From Octopus vulgaris (lineage: Eukaryota), in the NCBI GenBank assembly GCA_951406725.2, contig OX597816.1, positions 111,042,001 to 111,106,000 of the forward strand: DNA of 64,000 nt, given 5' to 3'. How positions within the stretch are numbered: position 1 is the stretch's first letter; every line of letters starts with the position of its first letter. The notes beneath the pieces are model-generated. The model worked only from the letters and a program-made list of their open reading frames with translations. It was not told the origin of the DNA and did no database searches. Positions 25,331 to 39,688 of this stretch are shown here, piece after piece. The translations under genes were made by a program, and so were the position numbers.

Positions 25331-25599
25331 TTCGATTAATTCTGTATTTTGTATATTTTCATCTGTCTTACTCGCTTATGTTCTGGTGTTTTGCTGAATT
25401 TTTCTAGAGAACATTCTTTTCGTTGGGGATAGATTGTAGATGGTCTTCTTCTAGCATATTGGATGTGCACTTAGTTGTCATCCTTTAATATACGCATGTA
25501 TTATAATTTTTCTGAATTTTCATATTTTTCTATACGCTAGGCTACTGGTTTAAAATTGATGTTAATTACATTAATATTCAATTTATCGCCCTCATTATT

Positions 25600-25645
<46 letters not shown>

Positions 25646-28600
25646 ATCAGCTTATTAATCAACCAAGAATGTTTCATCCTCGAACACTATATGCTTTCAG
25701 TTGTAACTTGATTTTAAAAATTTAATGTACATACATTTCTTGTAGAGGCCACAGTACTGTAATATGCTGATCGTACCCATCATCAACTTTAAACACATTT
25801 AATTCAGTGTAATTATAATTTGTGGTAAACAGTCTTCATAAAATAAAGGCGCCTACTTTCTTTCCTTCTTTCGTTCAGCAAGGCCAAATATGTTTGTGTC
25901 ATTCGTTTAACATGGCAGTACATTATATATTTCTAGGTGTCAAGATAATTTGATACTGATTGTACTGCCTGGAAACCATACAAAATAGTTTTGTTTTGTT
26001 TTATGATTTCTTCTTTCCTAATTCACTGCATGTTCTTTTAACTTCGTCATGAATTTGAGAAGTTCACACATTTGGTTTTAATAAACGTGGAAGAGCTTTT
26101 TTACGCAATTTGTGTTCTAATTGGCTTTGTTAATTTGCATTCATTTATAGTTATTACCAACGTCCCAATGCTTCAGTGAAAATGATATACATCGATAATT
26201 AGATAATTAAATAATTAAAAGCTATGTTTGTATTCTCTAATAAGATTGGCAGAAAATATATGATGCCTTGTGATGATCTTATATTTCTCATAGGAACACA
26301 TCATGTAGAAACTTTTGTCGAATTATCACCGTACTTGACGTAAAAAATGTAATAATTGTCATCGACTAACGCTATTTTTCACTCGTTGCATACTTAAATC
26401 TATTTTAAATTTTTTCTAGTATTCCAGGCATTATATTTTCTAGAACCCATATGCTGAGAATATAAACTACCTGTCACGGTATTTTTTCATTTATAATTTG
26501 TTTGCTTGTAAGGACTAACGAATTCTCAGTTACTTCTTTTAACTGTGCCACTCAGGTATAGACATATATACTCCGGTGGGTAACTTTTTTATTTGAAGGG
26601 TGTTTAAACATGATAATTAGCATATCCCATCATTTGTATTTTTTATTCAATTAATTTTATATTTTTTAAAGCACCATGTAACAAACAGAATTAACAATCA
26701 TAATTAAATCGATTGTTATTGAACGTTACACAGAAAATGCCATTTCACCATGTTCTTGGTGTTGAGAGAGTGCAAAATATTTAATGGAAAGAAAAACCGA
26801 AGGCAATTAAAATTAAATTATTCTGCAAGAAATGTCCATATTTCAATAAAAGAATAATTCTGAACTTCGCATAATTAATTTCATATGATATCTTATTTCG
26901 TTCGTATCAAGGCCATTAATGTTTAGGGGCTGGCAGCTAAGCAATTTTTATCTTTGGTTAAAACCTCCGTATGGTGATTTTCGAGGAGATATATGACTTT
27001 CAAAGAAGTCAAATTGGAGTAATCATTGGAACTTGTTTTGGATAAATTGGTTCATGATCTGGTAATTTTTCCTTTAAAAACTTGACGAGGTCTCATATCC
27101 CACTCATTGTTTCAGCGTCGATTAAAAGTAGATATTCAGGACGACGACTAAAACGTATTACTCCATGTCAGGTAAGAGACCTTGTAATGTTATATATGTC
27201 GCTTCGTTCTGACAGCATCACCTAAACAACATTGGTGCCAAGATGCATTACTTTTGGATTAAAACAGCGTTGGGAGGTGAGACTTTCATGTATGTCCAGT
27301 TAATTATCTTCTTCCACATATTCTGCTCTGGCATGCACGTATACGTGCATAATTATGATCAAACTTTACCACTGGACGCCATAGAGTATTCAATAATTCA
27401 GCATTAGGAAATGAGCAAAATATATCTCTCTCGATTTTCCTGACTGACACTATTTTCTGTTTCTTGGACATAGTTATGCCTAAGCTGGACATAGGAAGGG
27501 CATGCAGCTACGAAGACCAAAGAATTATTTCCAGTAAAACGCAAGCAACTATTTCAAGCTTTAAAATAACTAAACAAAACTCTCGTTAATTTAATTATGT
27601 TTCTTCCTTGCATAAAGATTACGTTTTAATGCGACATATCATTAAACCAAAGCATATACATTGCTTAAGATATCCGATTCTCTCCCAAATGTTCCTAGTA
27701 AAGAAAATCACTTAGCGGTGCATAATGTTTTAGAATTTTTTTAATTCATGTAATGTGGATAATATGACAAGAAGTGAAATAAAACATCCCAACATGATGA
27801 AAGTGATTTTTATTTAGTTATTATGTAGACCGAATTCAACGTTTCATTTTCATTTAACATGGAGAATAATATAATTTTATTTCTAAACACGTTACTTCAC
27901 TAATGTAACAAGATATTTTAATGGAAAAATGGTTCTGTATCAAATAAAAAAATATATAGCCTAAAATTAAAGTCTTTCTGTAATATAAATTTTTAACTTT
28001 TTAAATTTTTATAACTTCACATATTATATGGAATCCATCCCACAAAAACATTATAAGCCTGATGTATACATTCTACCATTCCCAAACTAAATCCTTTTAT
28101 TATTAGACAATCATTTTACTACTAACCACAGGTGGTGTATATATATATATATATATTCATATGTTAGTTTACTATTTTTTCCTTGTTATTTTTATTATTA
28201 TATAGCATTTTTATTGTTATTGCTGTTGCTGTTTCTGGAGTAGTTATTGTTATGTTTATTAATTAATCCTTTATCCATTTAAGAAAATACTCACCATTAT
28301 TTAAATGTATTTTATGGGGAGATATTCAAACCAACTGATTATTCCACTAAACTTCATTCTAGTTGCCTTACAGGCTAGGATCCCTGATATGATTCTGGAT
28401 ATAATGGAAAACCCAGTCTAAACCGTATTCCTAGCGCATCACAATCGTATCACGAAATGTATATGCTATAACAGTGAAGACATTGCGAATATTGAAGAAA
28501 AATATATTAAAAATTATAATGAATTTCTTACATCTTTCGCCAAAGAAATTCTACTATAAAAGAATACATTTATATATGTATATTTTAAATCGTAAGGACT

Positions 28601-31600
28601 TTAAAATGATCGTGTATTTGCATAAAATATATTTGCATAAAATATGATTTTTTTTTTCTTTCTTAAATAGACTGATATCAATAAGAAGTAATCCTATATA
28701 AAGGGACATGCTAAACAATATATTCAGTTTCAAATAAGTGAAGGCTATAGGGATGTCTTCTGATGGGGTTTTACCACAAAAGGGAAATTTATTTCGTTTC
28801 TTTTTAATAAATTCATTTTACCTGCAAGAATTTGGAATTAATATAAGAAAATTTGTATATATCTTCAAATTTGCAATACGGTTATTTATCATATACATGA
28901 GAAAGCGCATATATTAAACAACTTTGTTCTATGTTATCAAAAGCATGACACATTCAAATTATACACCAGCATATAGTTATTCATATCGTACATAATATAA
29001 AGCTTAAGTCGCATTAGTCATGTTTTATGGAATGGCTTATCAACATTTTGGCAAAATCCAAACACGAAAAATTGTTGGCTATGATCAGGGTAAATAAAAT
29101 GTGAACTCAATGTTACAGAGGACCAAGCATATGACTGAAAGCTAGACAAATCTATTGTAAACATTTACGATCACCTCTATCGTAGTCCTGTTTATATGGT
29201 TTGCTGCACTGCCTGGAGTCTTTATGTTTCCTTATATAAAGATAAGTCCAGTCATTATTAGGGTGATTGTTTCAATGACCATCTTTTTGAATATCCGCAA
29301 ATATCGTCTGACCTCAGGAGAACTGTGGCGCACCAGTTTGACACCTGTGCTACTATACTCTATGTTTTTGACTATAATCAATGTCTGGATATGAGTAGCC
29401 AACTGGCCATATTTCCTCCGATGAATTTAAACACTTGGCCATATGTATACACTACTCTACTTCCTTTGATTTCATCAAACACACCAATGTGAAATGTGCG
29501 TTTATTATTCATTTTCTTTCCTTGAAATTTTGTTCTTTGAAAGCCTACCTATGCGCTCGCCGCTGGTTTATGCTATATGTACTGCCAGCTTATCATATAA
29601 ATCACGATACTTTGTAATTGAATTATACTAAATCCTCATCAATTTCTTCTATTATATCATTTCTCTTGGCCTTTGTCCCTTACATGAAACGTCTCATTCA
29701 TTTTATCTCTCATTATGTGCATTTATCTCCAGTTCCATGTTCTCCTAACTTTTAACATGAACTTCCATTTCACTTCAACAAGCCATTACTTGATTCCTCT
29801 GTCGAAGGTTCTGCAGCCGAAATGTTGACTAGCTGGCTCCTCAGAGTAACCATTTGTAGGATGTTATGTAACACTGCTACATTAAAATTTTTCTTAAACG
29901 TGATGTTTTCTGGCTGTCATTCTATATATTTTGCTTGTGAATAAGTTTCATTCAACTAGCTTTCAAATCGTGGTTATTCTATCTTTTTTATGGGCATAAT
30001 ATATTTAAGAATACATTTTCCACGATATGATTCCTTTATTTAATACGGTAGCTGCGAAGATAAGGCAGTCTAGTGACAACGTGGAAACGCGTTATTTGCT
30101 GGCAAAGATTCTTCCTTCACTGCACATGGTGTGTGTGTGTGGTCATATTGTGCAGTAACCACATAAAAAGATCAGCCATATAATAAAAGCAAGCTCGGAA
30201 AATTAAAACCACCTCCACGAGTGGGGATCCCTGATTGTTGCAGTAGCAAACAGCAACTACCATTGTACGTTGTTATTACCATAAACTATCATTTCCTCTA
30301 ATGAATAATTGTTACTGTAAACGATGAGACATCTAAAACATTTTAACTCTACGACATGACAAAAATCGTTCTAGGCGAGCATAAACATATAGACACAAAT
30401 ATGTCTGAAACATCAATAACTTCATTATCTCCTAGCACTATTCTGCGACACTAATAAAAATCCAGTGGAATAATAATGATGTCATGGAGCAGTCAGAATA
30501 ATTAATTTTTATTGAAATATTGTGAACAATGGCGATACTGCAGTATATGCAGGGTGGCACATAGCCCTAATACGATGAATATTTCTATGAGAGAGTCATG
30601 GGAATGACTCACTCATTCAGCATCTTCTACTTGGTGAACATTGAAATATATGGGTCAAATGACTCCTAAACGACATGGCAATCGACCCACATGCAACGTA
30701 ACATTTTCGACCGAGTTAGCCGTGATCTACGCAACAAATTGTGCATATTACTTTGCAATAAATATGTGAAATTGCGTCGCTCTTTTGGATGTTTTACTTA
30801 AATGGATCTACATGTATGTGATTTAAAAAAATTCCTTGAATGCTGTTTCACAGTGTTTTTATTTATGTAGTATTCCATCTCATTTCATGTTACAAAAGGT
30901 CTCAATTAAATATGCTTTCTTGTCATATATGTATTTAAATAATTTCCAAATACTTACACAGAACGTTCAACTATTTAAAATGTCTGCATATATGTGTGTG
31001 CTTGTGTTAGTTCGTGTACGGAGCACTCGAACACACATAGATACAGAATAACATATACATCATAATTCAGTTGAATGAATTCTCTTTCATATTATATTTT
31101 TTATTGATTTCAAACAATGGTCCAAGTTCACAAAATTTGGGGGTGAGCAGAGTCAATTAAATCGGCTCCAGTATAGCTTGATCTTTAATTTATGAATCCC
31201 GCAAGGATGCACGTGAAACTTATTACAGTGCCCAAGGCCTTGAATAGGAATAGACAGACAATAGGGATTTTCGTGAGAAGATTTCTTAACCACAGAATCA
31301 ATGATTGACATTTTAGCTCATAGTTTAATAACTTGAAGTTGAATAGTCACTGAGGGTTAGGCAGCACAAACTCATCTAATATACATAAAATAGTAAATTA
31401 GAAATTTTCTTAATGTGATTATTTGAGTTCATGTTATCACACTTGACGGATTTATGTAACCATGAAATTTTGAACGGACATAAATGTATCCTTTAAAATG
31501 ACAATCTTTTATATATTATCTATTATTAGCATTAGGCCAACGCTTCTAAATAAATCATTTAAGATGAATAGAATATTTAATGATGTGAGATCCATAATTG

Positions 31601-33154
31601 CATATACTCCCGAAATCTCTATATATTCTCATTGAATTTCTTATAAATTACTTAATTTCCCAATATAACAGAAATAACTTTTGCCACATTAACTTAACAG
31701 AGAATATAACAAGCTGGTTGGTAGTCTGAAGGCAAATTTTCTCAAGCTATTGACATAAGTATGTTGTGTAAGTGAAGGAAATCAAAACAATTTAGCTGTC
31801 TTAGCATATAGACAGATTTCTTCAAGGATCTGATGTCCTTGGCAGCTGCTAACGTCTAGTTCTTAAATTAACTTCGTTGAGGCAAGTAAATACCAACTAT
31901 ATTAAAATCCAAATATATGCGATGATATATAGATATATAATGTGATTAAAATACAGCTGATCACCAAAGTCCCACTTCTTAAGCATCAAAACTGCATTTC
32001 GAGACATGTAAAACTACCTTACCTTGAAATAAGTGATTTTCAAAAGTTGTTAGTCATCACATAGTAGAGTTTAAATATTCCAACTCATTTCTTCTCCCCA
32101 CCTACACACACACACACACACACACACAACAGAAAATAAGAAGTAGCATCTTAGGGGTTTTGCCTGTTATATAAACTTTTAACAGGGACCGAAGTTTCTT
32201 GAACGGAAACAGAAAAAAATTAATATTTTTTCTGTTCAAGGCGTTTCATTTTATTGATATTGTGACAGTCATACTATTTCAATTAGTCGGCGTTTGGGTG
32301 TCAGTTATTTTAGAGGGTGCTACAGCATTAGGAGAAATACAGTACGTATATAAAATATTACAAGCGTTGCCTTAAAAAGTACGAAACTAGAATTGAAAAA
32401 TGCGCACGCTCAAAAGAATTACACAATGTCATAATAAACCTTAGAAAGCATGGCACTAGCATCGTTGCACTAAAATATTGGAATGTTTTATGTTGTACAT
32501 TTTGTGGCATCTTTTTTATCACAGGAAATTTGCTTAGTTCATTGAAATTAAGTTATATTAAAAAATCAAGTTAAATTATCGCATACTCAATTTTAACAAT
32601 ACAATTGCGTATAAATACTAATGTCATCTTAACGCAATAATTCAATATATGAATGATAACTTTATGAATTCACAAGTAATCAATCAAAAATAATTTAGTC
32701 ATTTGTTTAATTCGCATAACTATTCCATAAAATTGTGTATCATAATGCAAATTATCTTTGCTTATAATTTCCGTTTCGTGCTTTCGCTGTTATATAGATT
32801 CCACTTCATCAGAAATACAGTTTATTTTTTATTAATATGGTACTTTGCATGCAGTGTGAAATATGTTTTTTACATATTTTGGTATGAAGAGTATTATAAT
32901 GAATTTAATTATTTTTTTATATTAAGAACGCGGTTTAATAATCATCGTAACATCGTAATTCACACACGAGCCTCATTTCGTTTTATGATCCCACAGAATA
33001 CACAATATATAGTGATTCCAATATTTTTGCACAACAATGCTAGTCCCATACTATTTGAGGTTTATTATGACATGCTGTAACCCTTTTGAGCGTGCGCATT
33101 TTTCAATTCTATATATATGTATGTATGTATATATATGTATATATATATATATAT

Positions 33155-33333
33155 GGGGGGCAAAGGAAAGTGATTGCGTCTCTCATAGCCTCACTCTCCA
33201 GGTGTAATGATCGCTGCAGAACTTCTACTTGGCTGCGCCTAGTGGAAAGTTCTTGCTTATGGCCTCTCCTGCACTACTGTGTCCACAGCAGCACCTTCAC
33301 GCGGTACCCCCTGTTCTCACTGAGTCTGCTGTG
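33155..33333 (+). ncRNA. HDV-like (CPEB3-like) self-cleaving ribozyme
   Basis: P1 GGGGGG(33155-60)/CCCCCT(33307-12), P2 CACAGCAG(33284-91)/CTGCTGTG(33326-33), P3 ACC/GGT with L3 TTCACGC, J4/2 CTGA(33320-23). Confidence 0.75.
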
Positions 33334-33990
33334 TGGCGCGACCGGGTGCTTGGCGGTATAACCAGGTGGGCAGACTGGGCTCGTTAGCCTTGGTTGGCAG
33401 CCAGTCTAGGAGAAGGAAAACTCTGACTCCAAACCCTCACTCCGCTGCCTTGCGGATGCTCTTGGGAGAGGGAAAGGCTATGGGAGTAAACCCAGACAGA
33501 AAATCCGGAGTGGAGCTCCGAAGGCGGTAGGGTGTCGAATCTCGACCCTTTTCCGGCAACTCCTGCAGCCAACCAGACTCCAAACGTACTGCACTGCATT
33601 CCTTTGGATTATGTCTGGGGAGCCGAGAGGGAGATTCTGGTGTCTGGGCAGCCCAGTGTCTTCGTTCCTACCGCCCAGGCTTGCGCCATGGAGAAACTAC
33701 TCCATCGATGGAACAAGCTGAGATGGCAGTTACGAGTTTTAAGCCAGGGTGAATTGGCGTAATCCCAGGCGCTACGGGCCGTCTCTAACGGTGGGAGGGA
33801 TCATTGAAACAACTGCAGCAACACCCCACACGTACCCATCAATGTTCGTGTGCAGCAACTGTACCAAGGACTGCCACTCTAGAATTGGACTGTTCAGTCA
33901 CAGCAGACGCTGCACATCATCAAAGTAGGCCCCACCCTTGGCGCGACCCATTGTCTATCAAGACAGACGGGAGAGAAGGAGAAGGAAGAA

Positions 33991-33992
<2 letters not shown>
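33155..33992 (+). mobile_element. Internally deleted (bipartite) RTE/BovB-type non-LTR element
   Basis: GC-rich RTE-like 5' UTR (ggcagccagtctaggagaaggaaaactctga) joined to the ORF C-terminal zinc finger [24 protein letters not shown] (33842-33928) and a purine-rich repeat tail. Inserted in (TA)n. Confidence 0.85.
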
Positions 33993-34079
<87 letters not shown>

Positions 34080-34096
34080 TATATATATATATATAT
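33993..34096. repeat. (TA)n microsatellite
   Basis: Directly visible. Confidence 0.95.
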
Positions 34097-34379
34097 GGAG
34101 TTAAACGCAGGTGTTATTCAAATTCTTTTAATTCCGACACATGCTTCGAAGATATTGGTATTATTCCAAAAGAATAAAATGGTGTAAAACAATGTTACCT
34201 TATCTTCGGGGAAATGAAGAAATAAAAATCGTCAATAAGGCATTTTAACAGAATATGTTGGATATGTAAAGTGATGAACTGAACGCTATTAAGTTTCTTT
34301 TTAAAAAAACGTTAGATGATATAACGTTAAAGGTACCCTGTAGAAAGAGGAGGGTGTAAAGGAAAGCGAGAAACTCAAA

Positions 34380-34520
34380 TGCATCCAGACATACACACTC
34401 ACAAACACACACATACACATATATATGACGAGCTTTTTTCAGTTTCTGACTACTAGATCCACTCACAAGCTTTTGGTTGGCCCGTGGCTATGCAGCAGAC
34501 TCAAACTCGAACGACATAGT
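34380..34520 (-). mobile_element. SINE family A fragment
   Basis: gacgagcttttttcagtttctgactactagatccactcacaagc matches about 8785-8860. Confidence 0.6.
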
Positions 34521-34622
34521 TGGGAATATATTTTAATTTCACTTAAGCATTGCGTGACAAATAAGGTATTGTAGAATCCAGTATACGTACGTTTCAGAAC
34601 GAATATACAGCGGCAATACGTA

Positions 34623-34838
34623 AGAGAGATGACAAAGAAATAAAAGACTATCTTGTTCACTTCATTAGCTTACAGTTGTCTCTGCTTGAGGTTGAGTGCC
34701 TGTATAACACATTTTAGCTTCATATTCGAGGTTCCGATGTAGCTATAAGGTGTTATTCAGGCACTCAACCATGAGTCCACTACACCTTATAGCAGAAGCA
34801 GCTGTAAGCTAATGAATTGCCTTCTTTGTCATCTCTCT
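34623..34838. repeat. Fold-back hairpin of about 215 bp
   Basis: Nested arms agagagatgacaaagaa/ttctttgtcatctctct, ttcattagcttacag/ctgtaagctaatgaa and ggttgagtgcctg/caggcactcaacc. Confidence 0.9.
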
Positions 34839-34846
34839 CTCTCTCT

Positions 34847-34891
<45 letters not shown>

Positions 34892-35229
34892 TGTGTGCGT
34901 ATGTATATATTCAGTTACATAATTCTTACACAAGTAAATGTGATAGCTTCTTAGCCAATTCATGTATTTATCTTCGTCAAAATCCGTTGCGTCATTAGGA
35001 TATTATATTGAAATATATTTTTCGATGCTGAAATAGATAGCATCATCTATCATATAACTAAACACTAATATTTGCAAACATTTGTTATGTAAACATCGGC
35101 TTCTAGATTCTTGACCGAGAGACCGTTTCGTCATTTGTTCCGATGTCATCATTTCCTCTTTCTCTTTGCCTCTTTCTGATGCATATACACATACATACAC
35201 ACATACATATACATGCTTCCACGCTTACA

Positions 35230-35295
<66 letters not shown>

Positions 35296-35446
35296 TATAT
35301 GTATATATATATATGTATATGTATGTATGTGTATGTGTATATATATATGTATATATATATATATATATGAATGTATATGTATATATATATATATACATAC
35401 ATACATACATACATACATACATACATACATACATACATACATACAT
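35230..35446. repeat. (CT)n-(TA)n-(CATA)n compound microsatellite
   Basis: Directly visible. It is the source of many spurious ORFs. Confidence 0.95.
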
Positions 35447-36221
35447 GTAAATATAAAATACATCAATTACAGGACATAAACAACGAGTGTAAATTACGTA
35501 GACACACGAATGATAAGTACAGGACGAATTACGAAAACATATGCAATGAGAACAGAACATCACCAGCGAGTGAAAAATACGTAAACACATAATGAGAGAC
35601 AAGTACGGGACAAAAGACCAAAAGAAGTCTAACTCCTCCTTAGTTGCCGACTGTTAATTACTCACTATTTCAAGCTTTCAACGACGATATAGGAGAACTT
35701 CATAAAACAGCAACATCTAGAGATTTTTAAAATATAAAATTTCTGGAGAGTTAGAAATTCGAACGAACAAACAACTACAGAGTGAACGTACAGAGTAAAC
35801 AATCGATGAAGACAAACATTAAGGGGAGTTAAGCCAAGACGCATTTTAACGGGTAACGCCCGTGAAAGATTTTGAAAGGATGTAGAATGAATAAAAGAGA
35901 AGAAAATAGTAGAAGAAAAAAGAGAAAAAATGTCTGGAGGCCAGAAAAAATGACGTCCAGCTAAGAACGAATCGCGTCCAGAAAAGACAGAGGTGAGAAA
36001 AAATGGCCTGTAGCCACATGTGAAAAACAGGCAGACGACAAGGGAGACAAGAAAGAGGATGAGCGAAAGAAACAAAAGAAGGAGAAGGAACGAAAGACAG
36101 TAAGGGGTGGAAGGAAGATAGACAGGCGACAGCAAAGAGGGAGAGAAAAACGGAAATTAAGGAGGATTGCAGAGGGGTAGAGAGGAGGAAAGAAAGAAAG
36201 AAAGAAAGAAAGAAAGAATGA

Positions 36222-36256
<35 letters not shown>

Positions 36257-36349
36257 GGAACAGAGAGTAGAGTCGCAGAAATTATAAATAAAAGTAAAAA
36301 CCTACTGTGGACAAGGCTGCGTGGCGTTCGATTATAAATTCTTTTATTC

Positions 36350-36483
36350 TTATATTATTTTTAAGCCTAGTACTTATTCTATCGGTTTACTCTTGCCGAA
36401 TCGCTAAGGTACGGGGACGTAAACACACCAGCATCGGTTGTCAAGCGATGTTGGAGGACAAAGACAGACACACAAACATATAG

Positions 36484-36551
<68 letters not shown>

Positions 36552-36690
36552 GATGGGCTTTTTCTCAGTTCCCGTCTACCAAATTCACTCACAAGGCTTT
36601 GATCGGCCCAAGGTTATAGTAATAGACACTTGCCCATGTTGCCACGCAGTGGGACTGAACCCGGAATCATGTGGTTGTTAAGCAAGTTAC
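36350..36690 (-). mobile_element. SINE family A copy
   Basis: Colinear with about 8630-8925 (gtacttattctatcggt..ccacgcagtgggactgaacccggaa). Confidence 0.85.
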
Positions 36691-37883
36691 TATATTTCAA
36701 AAATGTTGCCATAAAGGCATAATTCAGAGTAGCTTGCAGGCTGGACAAAGACATTGATGAGGTGAAGGATGAAACGGATGATATTAATGGGAGAAGTCAA
36801 AAAACGCCCGCCGATTTTTTCCTGCTCTAAAACATTATTCTCTTCTTTTTTTTCACAGAAAAATACAAAACGAGGTAATGAACCTCTTACTTCAGTTTTA
36901 CAATTTTGGGACTAATAGTCCATTCAAGAATTGGGGCGTTAGACCTCTTAAACACAATAATATGCAATAAACATTAAACATTATACAATAAACATTATAA
37001 CACTGAGGTTTTTCAATCTCTTGTCACTATTCCTCCCCAACACCGCTTGTGCTCGTCCAATTCTTGGCAAACTTGCTCCTGTGTTTGGCGGCGAATATTG
37101 TGAGAAATGCCTTGCTGTAGTTGATATAGTAAATATTATCACTGTGACTGTCTTCAAAATTGTAAATGCCATTCTCTTTGCCGTTGCAGCAGTGTTGGCG
37201 TAATTTGCGGTGGTACTTTCTATATTACTGTCACTACTCAGATCTAGAAACTCTTTGATGTGTTCTGTCTTTACCAAAACTTTAGTATTCAAGAGTTCTT
37301 CCAAACACAGAACCACATGATTCTACTCGCGCATTCCGAAAAATACGTCTTCAAACCCAGAAATATGTAGGCGGAGCCTTATGCTTATCCACGCGAGGAA
37401 TGCAAGAGGAGACGTGAACATGTTCATCTAAGCCCGCTCATTCCATGAATAACTTTATACCGGTACTTTGAACCTTGATTACAAAACATTTGGCTGGAGC
37501 TTCAGAAATTACATTTTATAGATGAAAAGCAAAATAACCTCTTGGTCACTTCCGTAAAATAACAATTTCAATGTCGGAAATTGTTGATTGTAAAATATAA
37601 GAATTGGAAACAAAAAGTAACCAGCCTCCTACGTGTCTTAATGCACGTCCAAGTATTATTAAGTAGTAGTAGTAGTAGTAGTAGTAGTTATAAGACTAGT
37701 AATTTTGAGGAGATGCTAGGAGATAACATTGACATCATCATTTCATTTAAACTCGGAATTGTGGAAAACATCGACGGGACTTCAATCGAATCCGAAACGA
37801 AACTACTTGAACAAATCCTACAAGGATTTTATGATGCTTTAAATATTCGTCTAATCTACTACTGTGGTTGGTCAGTAGAAACC

Positions 37884-37884
<1 letters not shown>

Positions 37885-37945
<61 letters not shown>

Positions 37946-38092
37946 TAGAAGAAGAAGTAGAAGAAGAAGAAGAAGAAGAAGAAGAAGAAGAAGAAGAAGA
38001 AGAAGAAGAAGAAGAAGAAGAAGAAGAAGAAGAAGAAGAAGAAGAAGAAGAAGAAGAAGAAGAAGAAGAAGAAGAAGAAGAAGAAGAAGAAG
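37885..38092. repeat. (TAA)n-(GAA)n compound microsatellite
   Basis: Directly visible. It explains the poly-I/poly-R ORF. Confidence 0.95.
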
Positions 38093-38699
38093 CTGGGTCA
38101 ATTCATACGCATTAAGTATGATAGATATGAAAGACATTACAAGTAATAAAAACAATATATCATAATTTATTTCACATACTAAATGCCGAATATTCAGAAA
38201 TGCGTAGATGTTGGCTGCAGAATGTTATATCATGTTATATCCATCTAAATAATCTATCATCCACAAAGTCATTTAATTGTTACTCTCAATGTACAAGCTT
38301 CAAAAGCAATATATTAAGGCAATAAGAAAATGACACGTTCAAAATACTGAGAAAAAAATGTTCAGGTTCTAAAGTAAATTTGTAAAGCATTGAATTTTCT
38401 TGAATCAAGGATAATTCTTTAAACACAGACGTGCAGACATCCAACCCGCTCGAAGACATGTGATTATATACATACAGATAATTGTACATATGTATGTATA
38501 TCTATATGTGTGTGCGTGCGCGCCTATGTGTGTATGTGCGTGTGTGTATGTGTACCATACATGTAAATACATGCATCTCTCAATGAATGGAGTACTTTTT
38601 TGTTGATCTAACTTTATACATATATATATGTGTGTGTGTGTCTTTATATTTATGCATATGTATATATATTTATATATATATACACACATGCGCACACGC

Positions 38700-38739
<40 letters not shown>

Positions 38740-39651
38740 CTATATCCATATATGGCTTCCAAATAATATTTTACTTTACATTCTTAAACGTTTAAACGCT
38801 TTACTTTTTTCTGACAACTATTATCCACTTTCTCAAACAATTTGCATGATCTCCTTCAAGCCATTATATCACTAAAAAAAGTGTGGAAAAGTAACTCAAA
38901 TAAACATGGTTTTCTTTCTTTTATTCTGCTTATTACATCTGGACAGACTAAAGAATATTGACACAGTTATTAAAGTAATTGTTTTGCACAACACGTAGTG
39001 CACAAATCTGTTTAGGATTAGTTCGTCGTTTGTTCCCATAATTTTGAACTAATCAATTACTGGTTTGAAATAAGAGTGATTATGTTTACGAAGAACTTCT
39101 TCAAGGCTTCGTGACATCTCAATAAAAGTAAACATCCTCATTATCATCGCTAGCGGTGCATGAATAATTTGCGAAATCCCTAAAACTTGACTGCCAGTTA
39201 TTTCCCATGCAAGCTATGAGGCATTTCTAGTTTGTGTCTTCAGCATCTACAGCGCTGTAGTAAATATAGGTTACACGAAGTCGCGTAGCCTAAGTTCTGC
39301 CCCGAAGTAATGACATGTACTTATAAACTTGATGTTTATAGATATAGATGTAGCTATCAACAGATTTAAAATTTTGGGATGGATAAATTCGTGCTCCTGC
39401 AAAATATGAAGATTAGACTCCAAATGGCTATCACCAGATTCAAGTGTATTTACAGCATTGTTTTATAAAGGACTAGAGATGCCGAAGTAAAAGGAAGCTT
39501 CCTGGATACGGAAGATACCTTCTGAGTAGTTAACATGAGTATCAGAGACTAATGATCATTTGAGCTTTGGATTGTTGTAGGTGGTTAGATATCTTCAAAT
39601 ATCTCAAATAATGATTAGCATCAACTCCCTTATAGTTTTTAGTTGAAATTT

Positions 39652-39688
<37 letters not shown>

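Noticed and set aside
27116-27171. Possible small exon (ttgtttcAG..cagGTaaga)
   Set aside because: Peptide is unrecognisable and has no partner exons; expected by chance in AT-rich DNA.
37581-38165. 194-aa ORF with poly-Ile/poly-Arg
   Set aside because: Translation of (TAA)n(GAA)n.
39200-39600. Possible ISL2EU/Harbinger transposase remnant (FIKQ..LESGDS)
   Set aside because: Too degraded to call.
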